Assembly: GCA_040752575.1 (NCBI GenBank)
Contig: JBFMGK010000069.1
Coordinates: 1 to 45,349 of the forward strand
Direction: 5' to 3'
Source: Candidatus Bipolaricaulota bacterium
Lineage (GTDB): Bacteria > Bipolaricaulota > Bipolaricaulia > UBA7950 > UBA9294
DNA: 45,349 nucleotides
The position numbers and the translations under genes were made by a program. The number at the start of each line of letters is the position of its first letter. The stretch's first letter is position 1. Shown here piece by piece: positions 36,397 to 45,349 of this stretch. The notes under the pieces are model-generated. The model was not told the origin of the DNA. It saw only the letters and a program-made list of their open reading frames with translations, and did not search any database.

Positions 36397-37833
36397 ATGA
36401 CAGGTTCTTGGTGGTCGCCCCCAGGACGGGAGGAGGTCCTTGCCGGGCCGCCGATGCGCACGATGCTGCGAATCGGGACCCCTGCTGTCCTCGCGTCCGT
36501 CTTGCACACGGCCTACAACCTCACCGATGCCTTCTTCGTCGGGCTCCTGCCCAGCGGCGCCCCTCAAGCCGTGATGGCGGGCATCCAGGTCTCGTGGCCG
36601 TTTGTGTGGTTCCTTGTCTCGTTCATCGGCGGGTTTGTCGGCGCGGTGGTCACGGCCCTCGTCGCGCAGAACCTCGGCGCGCAGCGCCCGGAAGCCGCCA
36701 ATCGAGCCCTCAACCAGCTGTTCGCCATTTCGGTCGTGTCCAGTCTCGTGTTGGGCTTCGTCGGCTTCGTGGCGATGCCGCTGATCTTGAGGGCCTTCAT
36801 CCACGAAGCGGAGGTAACCGAGCAAGCCACACGCTACATGCGGATCATCTTTGCCGGCCTCCCCACGATGATGATCCCGCAGCTGTTCGCGGGGGCGCTC
36901 CAAGCAACGGGCAACACGGTCACGCCGCTGTTGATTACGCTCGTGGGAGTCGGCATCAACATCCCGCTCGACGCGATGCTCGTCCTCGGGTTGGGAGGCG
37001 CTCCGCAACTCGGCATCGGGGGCGCGGCCCTCGCAACCGTGATCGCCCAAGGGGTTGTCACGGTCATCTTCCTCGTGTTGTTTCGTCGCGGCTCAGGCCC
37101 CCTGAGATTGGATCGCTCGCAGCAGCGCGTGGAGTCCCAATGGGTCTTGAGGTCGCTGGAAATCGGCATCCCGGCTGCCCTTGGCAACTCGTCGGTCGCC
37201 CTGGGCTTCGCCTTCATGATGACGGGCATCGGGCGGCTGGAGAACGCCGTCGCGGCGCTCTCCGGATACGGCGTCGCCGATCGCCTGTTCGGCCTCCTGT
37301 TCATCGCCACCGACGGGATCGGTGTGGGACTGGCAACCATGGTCGGCCAGGCTCTCGGAGCCCAGGACCTGGGTCGAGCGCGCGCGGTCGTACGTAGCGG
37401 CGTCCGCGCACTGTTTTTCATCGTGCTCGTCGAAGCCGCCTTCGTGTACCTGGCACGAACGTCCCTCCTGCAGTTGTTCATTCGCGGAGACTCGCCGGGA
37501 GCCGCCGAGTCTCTGCGGGAGGGGACACGGTTCATCGAGCTGTTTGCGGCGGGGATGCCCTTCCTGAGTGCCTTCTTCGCCGTGCAGGCCGTCTACCGCG
37601 GCTCGGGGCATAACATCCCACCCATGGTTCTGGGCATCCTTCGGCTGTGGGTATTTCGGATCCCGCTTTCGTACGTCTTTGCGTTCACCCTTGGGTTGGG
37701 GTCGGACGGGGTCTGGCTCGGGATGTCGGCCTCCAACGTGTTGTCCGGTCTCCCCGCGCTCTTCTTGCTTGTGCGAGGTCGGGGGTGGCAGAGGTCGGTC
37801 TTGGATGGCGCAGGGCGCGAACGGGCGCCCTAG
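36397..37833 (+). CDS. MATE-family efflux transporter
   Basis: YNLTDAFFVG, AQNLGA, NIPLDAML..LGIGGAALAT; about 12 TM segments. Confidence 0.93.
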   Translation: MTGSWWSPPGREEVLAGPPMRTMLRIGTPAVLASVLHTAYNLTDAFFVGLLPSGAPQAVMAGIQVSWPFVWFLVSFIGGFVGAVVTALVAQNLGAQRPEAANRALNQLFAISVVSSLVLGFVGFVAMPLILRAFIHEAEVTEQATRYMRIIFAGLPTMMIPQLFAGALQATGNTVTPLLITLVGVGINIPLDAMLVLGLGGAPQLGIGGAALATVIAQGVVTVIFLVLFRRGSGPLRLDRSQQRVESQWVLRSLEIGIPAALGNSSVALGFAFMMTGIGRLENAVAALSGYGVADRLFGLLFIATDGIGVGLATMVGQALGAQDLGRARAVVRSGVRALFFIVLVEAAFVYLARTSLLQLFIRGDSPGAAESLREGTRFIELFAAGMPFLSAFFAVQAVYRGSGHNIPPMVLGILRLWVFRIPLSYVFAFTLGLGSDGVWLGMSASNVLSGLPALFLLVRGRGWQRSVLDGAGRERAP

Positions 37834-37887
37834 GTCTTGTCGCGCGGCGGCCGACACGGACGGCCGCGCCGCACCTTGGAGCCAAGG

Positions 37888-38904
37888 CTATCGTCCGGTG
37901 AACGCCGCCAGGTCGTCCGCGCTCAACGCGATGCCGTAGTAACCCTCGTAGAAAGACTTCGCCTCGGACGCAAGGTCGAAGGTCGTGCGACTCGGAACGA
38001 GCACGGAGGCGAGCCAAGCAATCCCGAGCATGGACTCGGGAACCGGGGCGTCGAGCGGCGCAACCCGCCGCGGCATCTTGTGCACGCGGCCGGCGGCGAC
38101 GGCCCGCGCAACCCGCCACTCGTGGCTGGCGAGCAGATCGTCCACGGTCGACGCACACGTGGAAGAGAGCACGATTACGTCAGGATCTAAGGCCAGAACC
38201 TGATCGAGAGTCACGGGGATCCACGCTCCCGAGAGGTTCGACGAGACGGAGACGCCGCCCGCCGCCTCGACGAGCCTCGTCGGGTAAGCGTCCTCACCCG
38301 CTGCGACGAACGACGTCGCTCCGAGGAAGAGCACGCGCGGCCGGTCGGCATGGCCGAGCTCGGCTGCGTCGGCTGCCGCGGTGTCGAGCACTCTCCGGTA
38401 GTCGAGGACCCACTGCATGGCTCGCAAGTACGTCGGACCGCCGAAGGCGCATCCGGTCAGCGTCATCGCCTGGACAAGGGCCTCCGGCGTCGTCACGGAA
38501 TACAGGAGGGTCGGCACACCGAGTTCATCCAGATCGGCGGCAAGCTCCGCGTCGCGGGACCCATCAGCCAGGACGAGCTGCGCGCCTCGCGCGGCCAGCT
38601 CGCCGGCATCCGGATCGCCCGAGCCGAGGATCTCTGGAAGGCGTGATTCGAGGCGGCGCATCGTCTCGTTGTCCGAATCGGATCCGGAGGACGCCGTGTA
38701 CCAGCCCGCGACGAGGCGATCCGAGACACCCAGCGCGTACAGGTAATAGGTTCCCGGTTCGTAGGTGCTGGCGACGCGCAGCACGGGCTGTCCAACCTCG
38801 ACGACCCGCCCCAGCGGATCGACCACTGTCGTGGCGAGGCACAGGACCGCAACCCCGGCGATCCACCCCATGACCGCAGCCAAGACCGAAACCCTTCGCT
38901 TCAC
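37888..38904 (-). CDS. Orphan Fe-siderophore/cobalamin-type ABC substrate-binding protein (class III)
   Basis: Signal peptide, VVDPLGRVVEV..PVLRVAS, LVEAAGG, VTLDQVLALDPDVI and AVAAGRVH. No adjacent permease. Confidence 0.8.
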   Translation of the reverse strand: MKRRVSVLAAVMGWIAGVAVLCLATTVVDPLGRVVEVGQPVLRVASTYEPGTYYLYALGVSDRLVAGWYTASSGSDSDNETMRRLESRLPEILGSGDPDAGELAARGAQLVLADGSRDAELAADLDELGVPTLLYSVTTPEALVQAMTLTGCAFGGPTYLRAMQWVLDYRRVLDTAAADAAELGHADRPRVLFLGATSFVAAGEDAYPTRLVEAAGGVSVSSNLSGAWIPVTLDQVLALDPDVIVLSSTCASTVDDLLASHEWRVARAVAAGRVHKMPRRVAPLDAPVPESMLGIAWLASVLVPSRTTFDLASEAKSFYEGYYGIALSADDLAAFTGR

Positions 38905-39190
38905 GATAGCTCCCTCCCTGAACTAGGGCAGACCCCATCACGGCCCGCATCGGCCCATCCGACGCGGTCGCCTCCTGAGGCCATGGGGGAGATCCTCCCC
39001 CAAAGAAGCGCCCGAAGCTCGCCGCCGTCGCGCAACAACGTTGAAACGCGCGGGACTCACGGCGTAGAGACCCTGCGAGCCTCCTCGTAGACGGCAGCCC
39101 ATGCGGAGGATACCGCCAAGGAGACGCCAGCCGACAAGAGATGCGGAACCCTCATCGCGATGGCGTTCGTCGAATCCGATCTCCCGCAAC

Positions 39191-40486
39191 CTACGGCGCG
39201 GTCAGCGCCGGCGCGGAAACGGAGACGGCGATGGATGCGCCGACGACATAGACGGGCTCAAGGTCAAGGTCAAGACGAAATGTCTGCGCGGACGACAGCC
39301 GCGGCTCGCCGAGCATCGTCTCAACGGTCACGGAGGCCGCGGGAGTGATCCACAGGGGGCCTTCGCGAATCCATGGGTCCTGCCAAAGAACGGTCACGGT
39401 CTCTCCGCGAACGTCGAACGCCACCCAAGTGACGCCGTTCTCCCGCGCGCCGTCGATCCACGTGCCGCCTCCGAGTCGATCGGTCATCCTCGCAAACGCG
39501 CCGTACGCCAGCTTCTTCACGTCGGCGCCTCGGTCATACGGCCCGATGCCGTCGTAGACAAGGCCCGCCTGATCGAAGAAACCGATCCCGGTCCCCTCGA
39601 ACTGCGGCTCAGTGACGTACGTCCAGAGTGCCTTGTCCACGCCGAGGAATCGAAGCAGCACGAACCGCTTCACGAGATCGGCGGCCTGTTCGGTTTCGCT
39701 CTGTTCGATGGGGCCCATGCCTCCCGAGAACGTCGACATCTCCGTCACCCAGAGCGGCGCGTCTTCTCTCCCGTACCCGGCGAGCACGCGCCGCATGCCG
39801 TCGACGATCGTCGCCGCCTCGTCGTACAGGGGGCCGCCGGGCTGAAACGGAGAAGGCCGAGCCAGGCCGAACAGGTGAAACGCATAGACGTCGATCCACT
39901 CGCCGCCGCCGGCCGCGAGAAAGCGCTCCAGATAAGGGATCAGCGCCCAATCGCCCATCTCGGGTCCGTCGAGCAGTCCCCCCAGCACCGTAACGCAGGA
40001 AGGGCACGCCGCACGTACACCCGCAGCGACGATGGCGACGCGGCGCGCGTACTCCTCCGGGCTGCACGACGTTGCCCACACGCCGTTCTGCTCGTCGCCG
40101 ATCTCCCAGTAGCGAATCGGCGCCCCGACATCGGCCGCGCCGCTGCCGGTCGTGTAGTGGGCAACGATCGTCGCCGCGGCCTCGGTCGCCGACGCGTCGA
40201 CGCTTCCCAGGTAGAAGGTGGCGATCGGCGTCACGCCGCGGGTCACGAATTCCCGCATCTGCCGCGTGTGGAGTTCCTCCTTGTTCGACCCGAGAAACGT
40301 CGCCGAGGGTCCGATCCAGAATCCCGAGGTCGCGCACTCCGCGCCCAGTCCGTCGAGGTAGCTGAAGTCGGGGATGATTCCCGAGATCCCAAAGAAGCCG
40401 TCGCGAAGCTCCGGGTCAGCCGGCGCCGACCCCGCCAGCCCAGCCGCCATCAGCGCCACGGCCGCAATCAACGCCCTTCGGTTCAT
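39191..40486 (-). CDS. Secreted clan GH-A-like glycoside hydrolase (GH39/GH5-like)
   Basis: ATG 40486 after GGAGG; signal peptide; IRYWEIGDEQN (acid/base), IDVYAFH and PLWVTEM (nucleophile). Confidence 0.75.
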   Translation of the reverse strand: MNRRALIAAVALMAAGLAGSAPADPELRDGFFGISGIIPDFSYLDGLGAECATSGFWIGPSATFLGSNKEELHTRQMREFVTRGVTPIATFYLGSVDASATEAAATIVAHYTTGSGAADVGAPIRYWEIGDEQNGVWATSCSPEEYARRVAIVAAGVRAACPSCVTVLGGLLDGPEMGDWALIPYLERFLAAGGGEWIDVYAFHLFGLARPSPFQPGGPLYDEAATIVDGMRRVLAGYGREDAPLWVTEMSTFSGGMGPIEQSETEQAADLVKRFVLLRFLGVDKALWTYVTEPQFEGTGIGFFDQAGLVYDGIGPYDRGADVKKLAYGAFARMTDRLGGGTWIDGARENGVTWVAFDVRGETVTVLWQDPWIREGPLWITPAASVTVETMLGEPRLSSAQTFRLDLDLEPVYVVGASIAVSVSAPALTAP

Positions 40487-40567
40487 GGTTTCGCCCTCCG
40501 CTACACCTACCCCGCGCAACCTGGGAGAGTTTCGTCGCAGAGCGACGCTCCGTGAGTATGATAGGGC

Positions 40568-41884
40568 ATGCCTGCGCTCCGACGACACCGAAGCCACCCG
40601 TTGCGCGTGCACCTGGCCAGCTTGGGCTGCGCCAAGAACCTCGTCGACTCCGAGAAGCTGCTCGCGCGCCTCGCAACAGCAGGGGCCCTTGTCGGCGCCG
40701 CGGCCGACGACGCGGACGTCATCCTGGTCAACACCTGCGGCTTCATCGATCCGGCGCGGCGCGAGTCCATCGCGGTCATCGAGGAGGCTTCGGCGTGGAA
40801 GGCGTCGCGCCCCGGCCGCAAGCTGTTCGTCCTCGGGTGTCTGGTCGTTCGCGACGGCGACGCCCTGCGCGGCCGTTTGCCGGCCGTCGACGGGTTCTTC
40901 GGCCTCGATGAGCACGACGCCATCGTCCGCGCCTGCGGTCTCGAGGACGAGGAGACGGGCGACACGCGGTTGCTTCTCACCCCCTCGCACACGGCGTACC
41001 TTCGCGTCTCGGAAGGCTGCAATCACGGCTGCACGTATTGCACGATCCCATCGATCCGAGGTCCGTTCCGTAGTCGTCCGTTCGCCGAGGTCGTCGCGGA
41101 AGCGGAGGCGCTCGCGCAACTCGGCGTCCGCGAACTCAACCTCATTGGGCAGGACACGGCCGCTTACGGGACCGATCGTCCAGAAGAGCCTGATATGGAC
41201 GGTTTGCTGAGGCGCCTCCACGAGGTGGAGGGCGTAGCCTGGATCCGTCTCCTGTACGCCCATCCCCGCAATGTCCGCGCCCCTCTGATACGGGCGATAG
41301 CCGAACTTCCCAAGGTCGTTCCGTACGTGGACCTTCCGTTGCAGCACGTTGTCGATCGGATCTTGACCGCCATGAACCGCGGTGTCGATTCGAAGACCGC
41401 CGAACGGCTGATCGCCCGCCTACGAGCGGAGATCCCGGGCGTCACGCTGCGCACAACGTTCATCGTGGGGTTCCCCGGCGAGACCGAGAAGGAGTTCGAA
41501 GCCCTCCTGGAGGGCATCGAGCGCTTGCGCTTCGACCACGTCGGAGCCTTTCCCTTCTCCCCCGAGGAGGGCACCGCAGCGGCACGGCTCCCGGGACGAG
41601 TGCCCCGAGAGGTTGTCTCGGACCGTCTCGAGCGCGTCTACGCCGCGCAACGGACCTACGCCACGGCGGCAAACGCGGGGCGCGTGGGCTCCGTCGTCGA
41701 GGTCCTTGTCGATGGGGCGTCGTCCTCCCGCGGGATCTGGCTCGCGCGCACGGCAGGCCAGGCGCCGGACGTCGATCCGATCACCTTCCTGCGCGGGGCC
41801 GCGACTCCAGGGACGTTCGCGCGAGCCCGCATCGAGGGAGCGGACGAACTCGACCTCATCGCATCCGTGGCACCCGGCGCTTAG
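40568..41884 (+). CDS. rimO: Ribosomal protein S12 methylthiotransferase RimO
   Basis: SLGCAKNLVDSE, VNTCGFID, EGCNHGCTYC, GQDTAAYG, IRLLYAHP, TFIVGFPGETE and QAPDVD. Confidence 0.92.
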   Translation: MPALRRHRSHPLRVHLASLGCAKNLVDSEKLLARLATAGALVGAAADDADVILVNTCGFIDPARRESIAVIEEASAWKASRPGRKLFVLGCLVVRDGDALRGRLPAVDGFFGLDEHDAIVRACGLEDEETGDTRLLLTPSHTAYLRVSEGCNHGCTYCTIPSIRGPFRSRPFAEVVAEAEALAQLGVRELNLIGQDTAAYGTDRPEEPDMDGLLRRLHEVEGVAWIRLLYAHPRNVRAPLIRAIAELPKVVPYVDLPLQHVVDRILTAMNRGVDSKTAERLIARLRAEIPGVTLRTTFIVGFPGETEKEFEALLEGIERLRFDHVGAFPFSPEEGTAAARLPGRVPREVVSDRLERVYAAQRTYATAANAGRVGSVVEVLVDGASSSRGIWLARTAGQAPDVDPITFLRGAATPGTFARARIEGADELDLIASVAPGA

Positions 41885-42537
41885 CCGAACGTTCCTCCGG
41901 CTCGGTCCTCGGCCTCGGCGAAGAAGCGTCCGACGTCGATGCCGTCCACGAGCGCGTGATGGGCCTGCACGTTGAGCGGTAGAAGAACCCGTCCGTTCGC
42001 CTCGCGCCGCCGCCCCCACGCGATCCGAGGTACCGAATCCGGCGGATCGAGCGGAACGGGGTGCACGAGGCCGGTGAACGCTACCCAAGGCATCGCGGTC
42101 ATGTAGAGCAGATCGTCGCGGTCCTCTTCCGACCAGAGTCTCGGCGACTGCTTGGCCCTCTCGATCCGGTGCGCCGCGTCAGCGGCGAACTGGCGCACAT
42201 CGGGATCGAAGCGCAACGTCGCGAAGCGGAAGACATCGCCCTCTCCCAAGACGGTGATCGACGGGTCCACAACGTCGTACTCGACGGCCTCGGCTCCGCG
42301 CAGACGTCGTCGGAATGCGGGGACCGCATTCGCCGCGGCGCAGAGCACGTGAACCACGGCAACCGTGAACGTGATTCCCGCTGCGCGATGGGCCTCGCGC
42401 AACCGCGTCACGTCGACGTCGGCCGTCACATTGACGTACGGAAAAGCGAAACTGCGGAACAACTCAAACGCTTCTCGGCGCGACCAAGAGGCCGGGTCAA
42501 GGACGCGCGGCGTGCGCCGCTCTAGGGAAGAGGCCAT
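41881..42537 (-). CDS. CatA-like (chloramphenicol acetyltransferase fold) O-acetyltransferase
   Basis: WSRREAFELF, PWVAFT, PRIAWG and QAHHALVDG; start at 42537. Confidence 0.85.
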   Translation of the reverse strand: MASSLERRTPRVLDPASWSRREAFELFRSFAFPYVNVTADVDVTRLREAHRAAGITFTVAVVHVLCAAANAVPAFRRRLRGAEAVEYDVVDPSITVLGEGDVFRFATLRFDPDVRQFAADAAHRIERAKQSPRLWSEEDRDDLLYMTAMPWVAFTGLVHPVPLDPPDSVPRIAWGRRREANGRVLLPLNVQAHHALVDGIDVGRFFAEAEDRAGGTFG

Positions 42538-43310
42538 AGGGAGACGGCGTCGCGCACGGTCATGCGCCGGAGTCCTTCCGGATCCGCCGACGTAACCAGG
42601 TCGAACCAGTCCGTTACGAGATCCGGGTAGCGGGCGGCATCCGTAACGTGCAGGACAACAGCGAACAGCGCATCGTCGCCAGCCGTCGCGAACGCCTGCG
42701 CGAGGGCAGCCTGCGACGCCGGCGAGAGAAGCGCGTGGTAGACTTGCGTGGCCGCGCACCCATGGATCGTCACCGCCGTCGGACGGGAGACGGCGTCTGC
42801 CACCTCGTGGCCGGAGATCGAGATAGATAGACCACAGATCCAATCAACTTCGTCTTCGCCGCCGAGCCCTAGACATCCGGTTCGCCGCTCTCCGGGCAGG
42901 GACGTCAGCGCGGCCCAGAAGTCGTCCATTGTTCCCAGAAAGTTGCGTCGCGAGCTCGGCGCGAGGTCCGAGACGGGTACGTTGGTGTACCCGTCCCACT
43001 GAGCCCCGCGATCCTGCGTCGCCCAATAGGCGTGATGGTGAACTCCGATCTCGTGCCCGCTCGCGACCCACAGCGCCACCGCGGCGATTCGTTGCGGATC
43101 GGCAAGAATCAGGTCCGCCCACTGCGCCGTCAACAGGAGCGTGAGCGGCACGACGTAGCCGTCGGCAAGCGCGACGAGCGCGGCCAACTCGGCGAACGCG
43201 GCGGCGTCCACGCCGGTCGGTTCTGCGTGAACGACGAAGCACGAAACGGGAGCCGCGGCGGCCGAGACGGCCGCGGCCAGAAGCGCCAGGCACGCAAGCG
43301 CTGTCTTCAT
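42522..43310 (-). CDS. Secreted polysaccharide-deacetylase-fold-like protein
   Basis: Signal peptide; VVHAEP, PLTLLLT, GHEIGVHHH and VVLH. Confidence 0.6.
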   Translation of the reverse strand: MKTALACLALLAAAVSAAAAPVSCFVVHAEPTGVDAAAFAELAALVALADGYVVPLTLLLTAQWADLILADPQRIAAVALWVASGHEIGVHHHAYWATQDRGAQWDGYTNVPVSDLAPSSRRNFLGTMDDFWAALTSLPGERRTGCLGLGGEDEVDWICGLSISISGHEVADAVSRPTAVTIHGCAATQVYHALLSPASQAALAQAFATAGDDALFAVVLHVTDAARYPDLVTDWFDLVTSADPEGLRRMTVRDAVSLWPLP

Positions 43311-43455
43311 CTTGCCTCCCTTCGCCGACGATTCTAGATCTCAGAGATCGACCGGACAACGGACACGTTCTCTCGACGCGGGCATCACGCGGTCTCCACT
43401 GGAAGGACGTAGAGTAACCCTATAGACGATCACGGCGGGACAGAAGGGAGCGGGC

Positions 43456-44361
43456 GTGGCGAGACGTCGACGGGGACTACGGATTCTTCTCGGAGTCCTC
43501 CTCGCGTTGGTCTTGCTTGCGGGAGGACTTGCGGTCGCCCTGCGCCTGACGTCGCCTCCGCCGCCCGAGGCCGTCGCCCAAGCCCCTGCGAAGCCGATTC
43601 CGGAGGAATGGACGGCTCCATCGGACATGATCGAGGTTCCGACCCCTGTGGTGGCAGAAGGCCGAGCGGCGTGGTCGACCACCGGAACGGTTCTCCTACT
43701 CTCCAACGACAAGCCCTTCGGCGAGGAGACGTACGAACTGGACGTGGGGCCTGACGGAGCCTCTCTCTCGTCGTCCGGGCGGTTCTGGTTTCGCATCCTG
43801 GTCGCGACGGTCCGCGTGTCGTTCACCCAGAGCTGGGCCGGCGGGAAAGACCTGGAGCCGCGGGAGTACTCGGCGCACTTCGACGCCCCCCTGGGGCAGA
43901 GCCAGACGCTTCAGGCTGCGTTCGCCGCGGAAAGCGCGGCGGTACGCCGCAATGGCGACGAGGAGACGTTCCCCGTTCCCCTCGATGAAGCCGTCGTGTT
44001 GGGAACCTTCAGTTCGTATGCCTTTCTTCCCGTGCTGTTCCGCGAGCGTCACGTCGACGGCCGCGCCGAGTTTTCGGCCCTTCTGTTTGGGGGTCCTCCC
44101 GGCGCCGCAGCGCCTTCTGCGGAAGGTCTCCCCCGTCTTGTGATGGAGCGCGACGGAGAGGGCCTCCTGACGGCGGGGGAGGCACGCGTCGCTGCGGAAC
44201 GATACATCCTTGAGAGCCCCCTGGGAACGAGCGAGCTCTACGCCAAGGGACATGAGATGCTCGCACTGGTCGCCGGAACGGCGGACCGACGTCTGTTCGT
44301 CTATCGGAGCGACTACTTCCCGACTCCGCCGAAAATCGGCGCGGTACCGCCGTCTGAATAG
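43456..44361 (+). CDS. Membrane-anchored hypothetical protein
   Basis: GTG after GAAGGGAG; RRRR plus TM, Pro-rich linker, and a beta-rich domain (FGEETYEL). Confidence 0.7.
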   Translation: MARRRRGLRILLGVLLALVLLAGGLAVALRLTSPPPPEAVAQAPAKPIPEEWTAPSDMIEVPTPVVAEGRAAWSTTGTVLLLSNDKPFGEETYELDVGPDGASLSSSGRFWFRILVATVRVSFTQSWAGGKDLEPREYSAHFDAPLGQSQTLQAAFAAESAAVRRNGDEETFPVPLDEAVVLGTFSSYAFLPVLFRERHVDGRAEFSALLFGGPPGAAAPSAEGLPRLVMERDGEGLLTAGEARVAAERYILESPLGTSELYAKGHEMLALVAGTADRRLFVYRSDYFPTPPKIGAVPPSE

Positions 44362-44401
44362 GCGGATTGCCGCGAGCGCAGCGGCCGGCGACACTCCAGG
44401 C

Positions 44402-45349
44402 ATGCCTCGATTCGACGAACTGGGGGATGCGGAGCGGGCAGAGAGAAAGGTCCGACTCGCCGAAAAGGCTCTGCGCGCTTACGGTCTCGCGGGATCTCTC
44501 ACGCTCGTCGCAGAGCGCACGAACCTCGTCTATCGTCTGCGGTGCGGCGGCGCGTCGTACGCCGTGCGCCTCTCGCCTCCCGGCCGTGAGACGCCCGCAC
44601 TGGAGAGAGAACTGCTCTGGCTCGCGGCCCTCGGTCGCGAGACGGAGCTCCCCATTCCGGAGCCCTTGCTCACCCGTTCGGGAGAGCTGTTCCACCGCGT
44701 GTCGATGGAGGGGGTCCCCGGAACGCGTGCCGTGGCCGTCTTGGCGTGGGTCGAGGGCGAGCGCCGCGAGGCGGATCTCGAAGCCGCGGACGGCCTTGCC
44801 GCAGGACGGCTGGCCGCCGCCTTGCACCGTCACGCCGAGGCCTTTCCTCTTCCCGAAGAGCGCGCGGCCGTCGCCGGAAGCTATTTCGAGCGACTCGAAG
44901 CGGCGCGCAGCGCTCTGGACGGCGCTCTCGCCGAGGAGAAGAGCCGCAGACTCCTCGAGAACGCGGCAGCGTATGCGGCGCGCGTCGCGCGCGCCGTCGA
45001 CGTGGACTCGCTCGACTCCGGGATCGTCCACGGACGTCTGGTCCTGCGTCGCCTTCGCTACGGCGACGAAGAGGTCGGTGCGCTGGGGTTCGGCGAGTGC
45101 CTCATCAGGTCCTTTGCCGAGGACCTTGCCGTCCTCTGGGCCGACCTCGGAGGCCGGGAGTCGACGCCGCAGCTTCGCCACGCCCTTCTGGAAGGATACC
45201 GCTCGACACGCGCCCTCTCCTCGTCGAGCGAGGGCAGTCTCTCCGCCTTTGCCGCTCTGCATGCGATCGAAGCGGCGGCGGGAGCTCTCCCGCGCGGACG
45301 GACCACAAGCGCAGCGGGGGCGGAGCGCGCCGCCCCGCGTCGGGGGCGC
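44402..45349 (+). CDS. APH/type II homoserine kinase-fold protein with degenerate catalytic motifs (runs off window; absent from the ORF track)
   Basis: Open from ATG 44402 to the end: TNLVYRL..YAVRL, ELLWLAAL..LPIPEP, LAWVEG, GRLAAALH, GIVHGRL..LGFGEC..DLA..LLEGY. Confidence 0.82.
   Translation, partial: MPRFDELGDAERAERKVRLAEKALRAYGLAGSLTLVAERTNLVYRLRCGGASYAVRLSPPGRETPALERELLWLAALGRETELPIPEPLLTRSGELFHRVSMEGVPGTRAVAVLAWVEGERREADLEAADGLAAGRLAAALHRHAEAFPLPEERAAVAGSYFERLEAARSALDGALAEEKSRRLLENAAAYAARVARAVDVDSLDSGIVHGRLVLRRLRYGDEEVGALGFGECLIRSFAEDLAVLWADLGGRESTPQLRHALLEGYRSTRALSSSSEGSLSAFAALHAIEAAAGALPRGRTTSAAGAERAAPRRGR

Noticed and set aside
38905..39190. Cobalamin riboswitch upstream of the BtuF-like gene
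   Set aside because: No GGGAA / GCCCCCGCAACTGT / GCCACTG / AGxCAGxAxACC core motifs were found by eye.
17036..41347. Apparent long fusions in the ORF track (17036-17923, 18771-20909, 32374-34497, 39191-41347)
   Set aside because: The N-terminal extensions overlap other genes or the IS remnant. SD, signal-peptide or domain evidence gives starts at 17405, 20111, 33796 and 40486.
29905..42537. NimA-like, MATE and CAT-like genes as an antibiotic-resistance cluster
   Set aside because: The genes are scattered among housekeeping genes with no mobile context, and family membership does not establish resistance.
44009..45262. 417-aa minus-strand ORF
   Set aside because: Shadow of the plus-strand kinase-fold gene starting at 44402.
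1..45349. CRISPR array, tRNA or rRNA genes
   Set aside because: No regularly spaced repeats or recognisable RNA-gene sequences were seen by eye; tRNAscan and Infernal were not run.

Overview
High-GC bacterial chromosome segment. The lineage is an inference: a DnaK without the usual diderm insertion sits beside lptB/lptC-like and beta-barrel genes, which fits a Bipolaricaulota/Thermotogota/Deinococcota-like organism. Housekeeping content is a CIRCE-controlled hrcA-grpE-dnaK-dnaJ operon, rdgB, secG, pyrG-lptC-like-lptB, pyk and rimO, plus beta-CASP RNase, MATE, HAD, GNAT, CYTH, flavodoxin and CAT-like genes. Many secreted or surface proteins are interspersed. Highlights: (1) an unannotated aromatic-rich leader peptide (FSFAYWWF) with a terminator and competing hairpins, upstream of a probable amino-acid-binding protein, i.e. 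a candidate F/Y/W attenuator; (2) a ~4.9-kb island bounded by 189-bp direct repeats of the CYTH gene 5' end, carrying a secreted protein, a Cys-free phospholipase-A2/Ig-stalk protein, a beta-barrel and a decayed IS3; (3) two apparent pseudoenzymes (lipase fold S->G; APH-fold kinase D->R and D->G); (4) a ~1650-aa uninterrupted beta-helix; (5) a 52-aa lipoprotein missed by the ORF track; (6) a candidate structured RNA at ~30.45-30.6 kb. No rRNA, tRNA or CRISPR array was seen. All family calls are by-eye motif recognition, not database searches.
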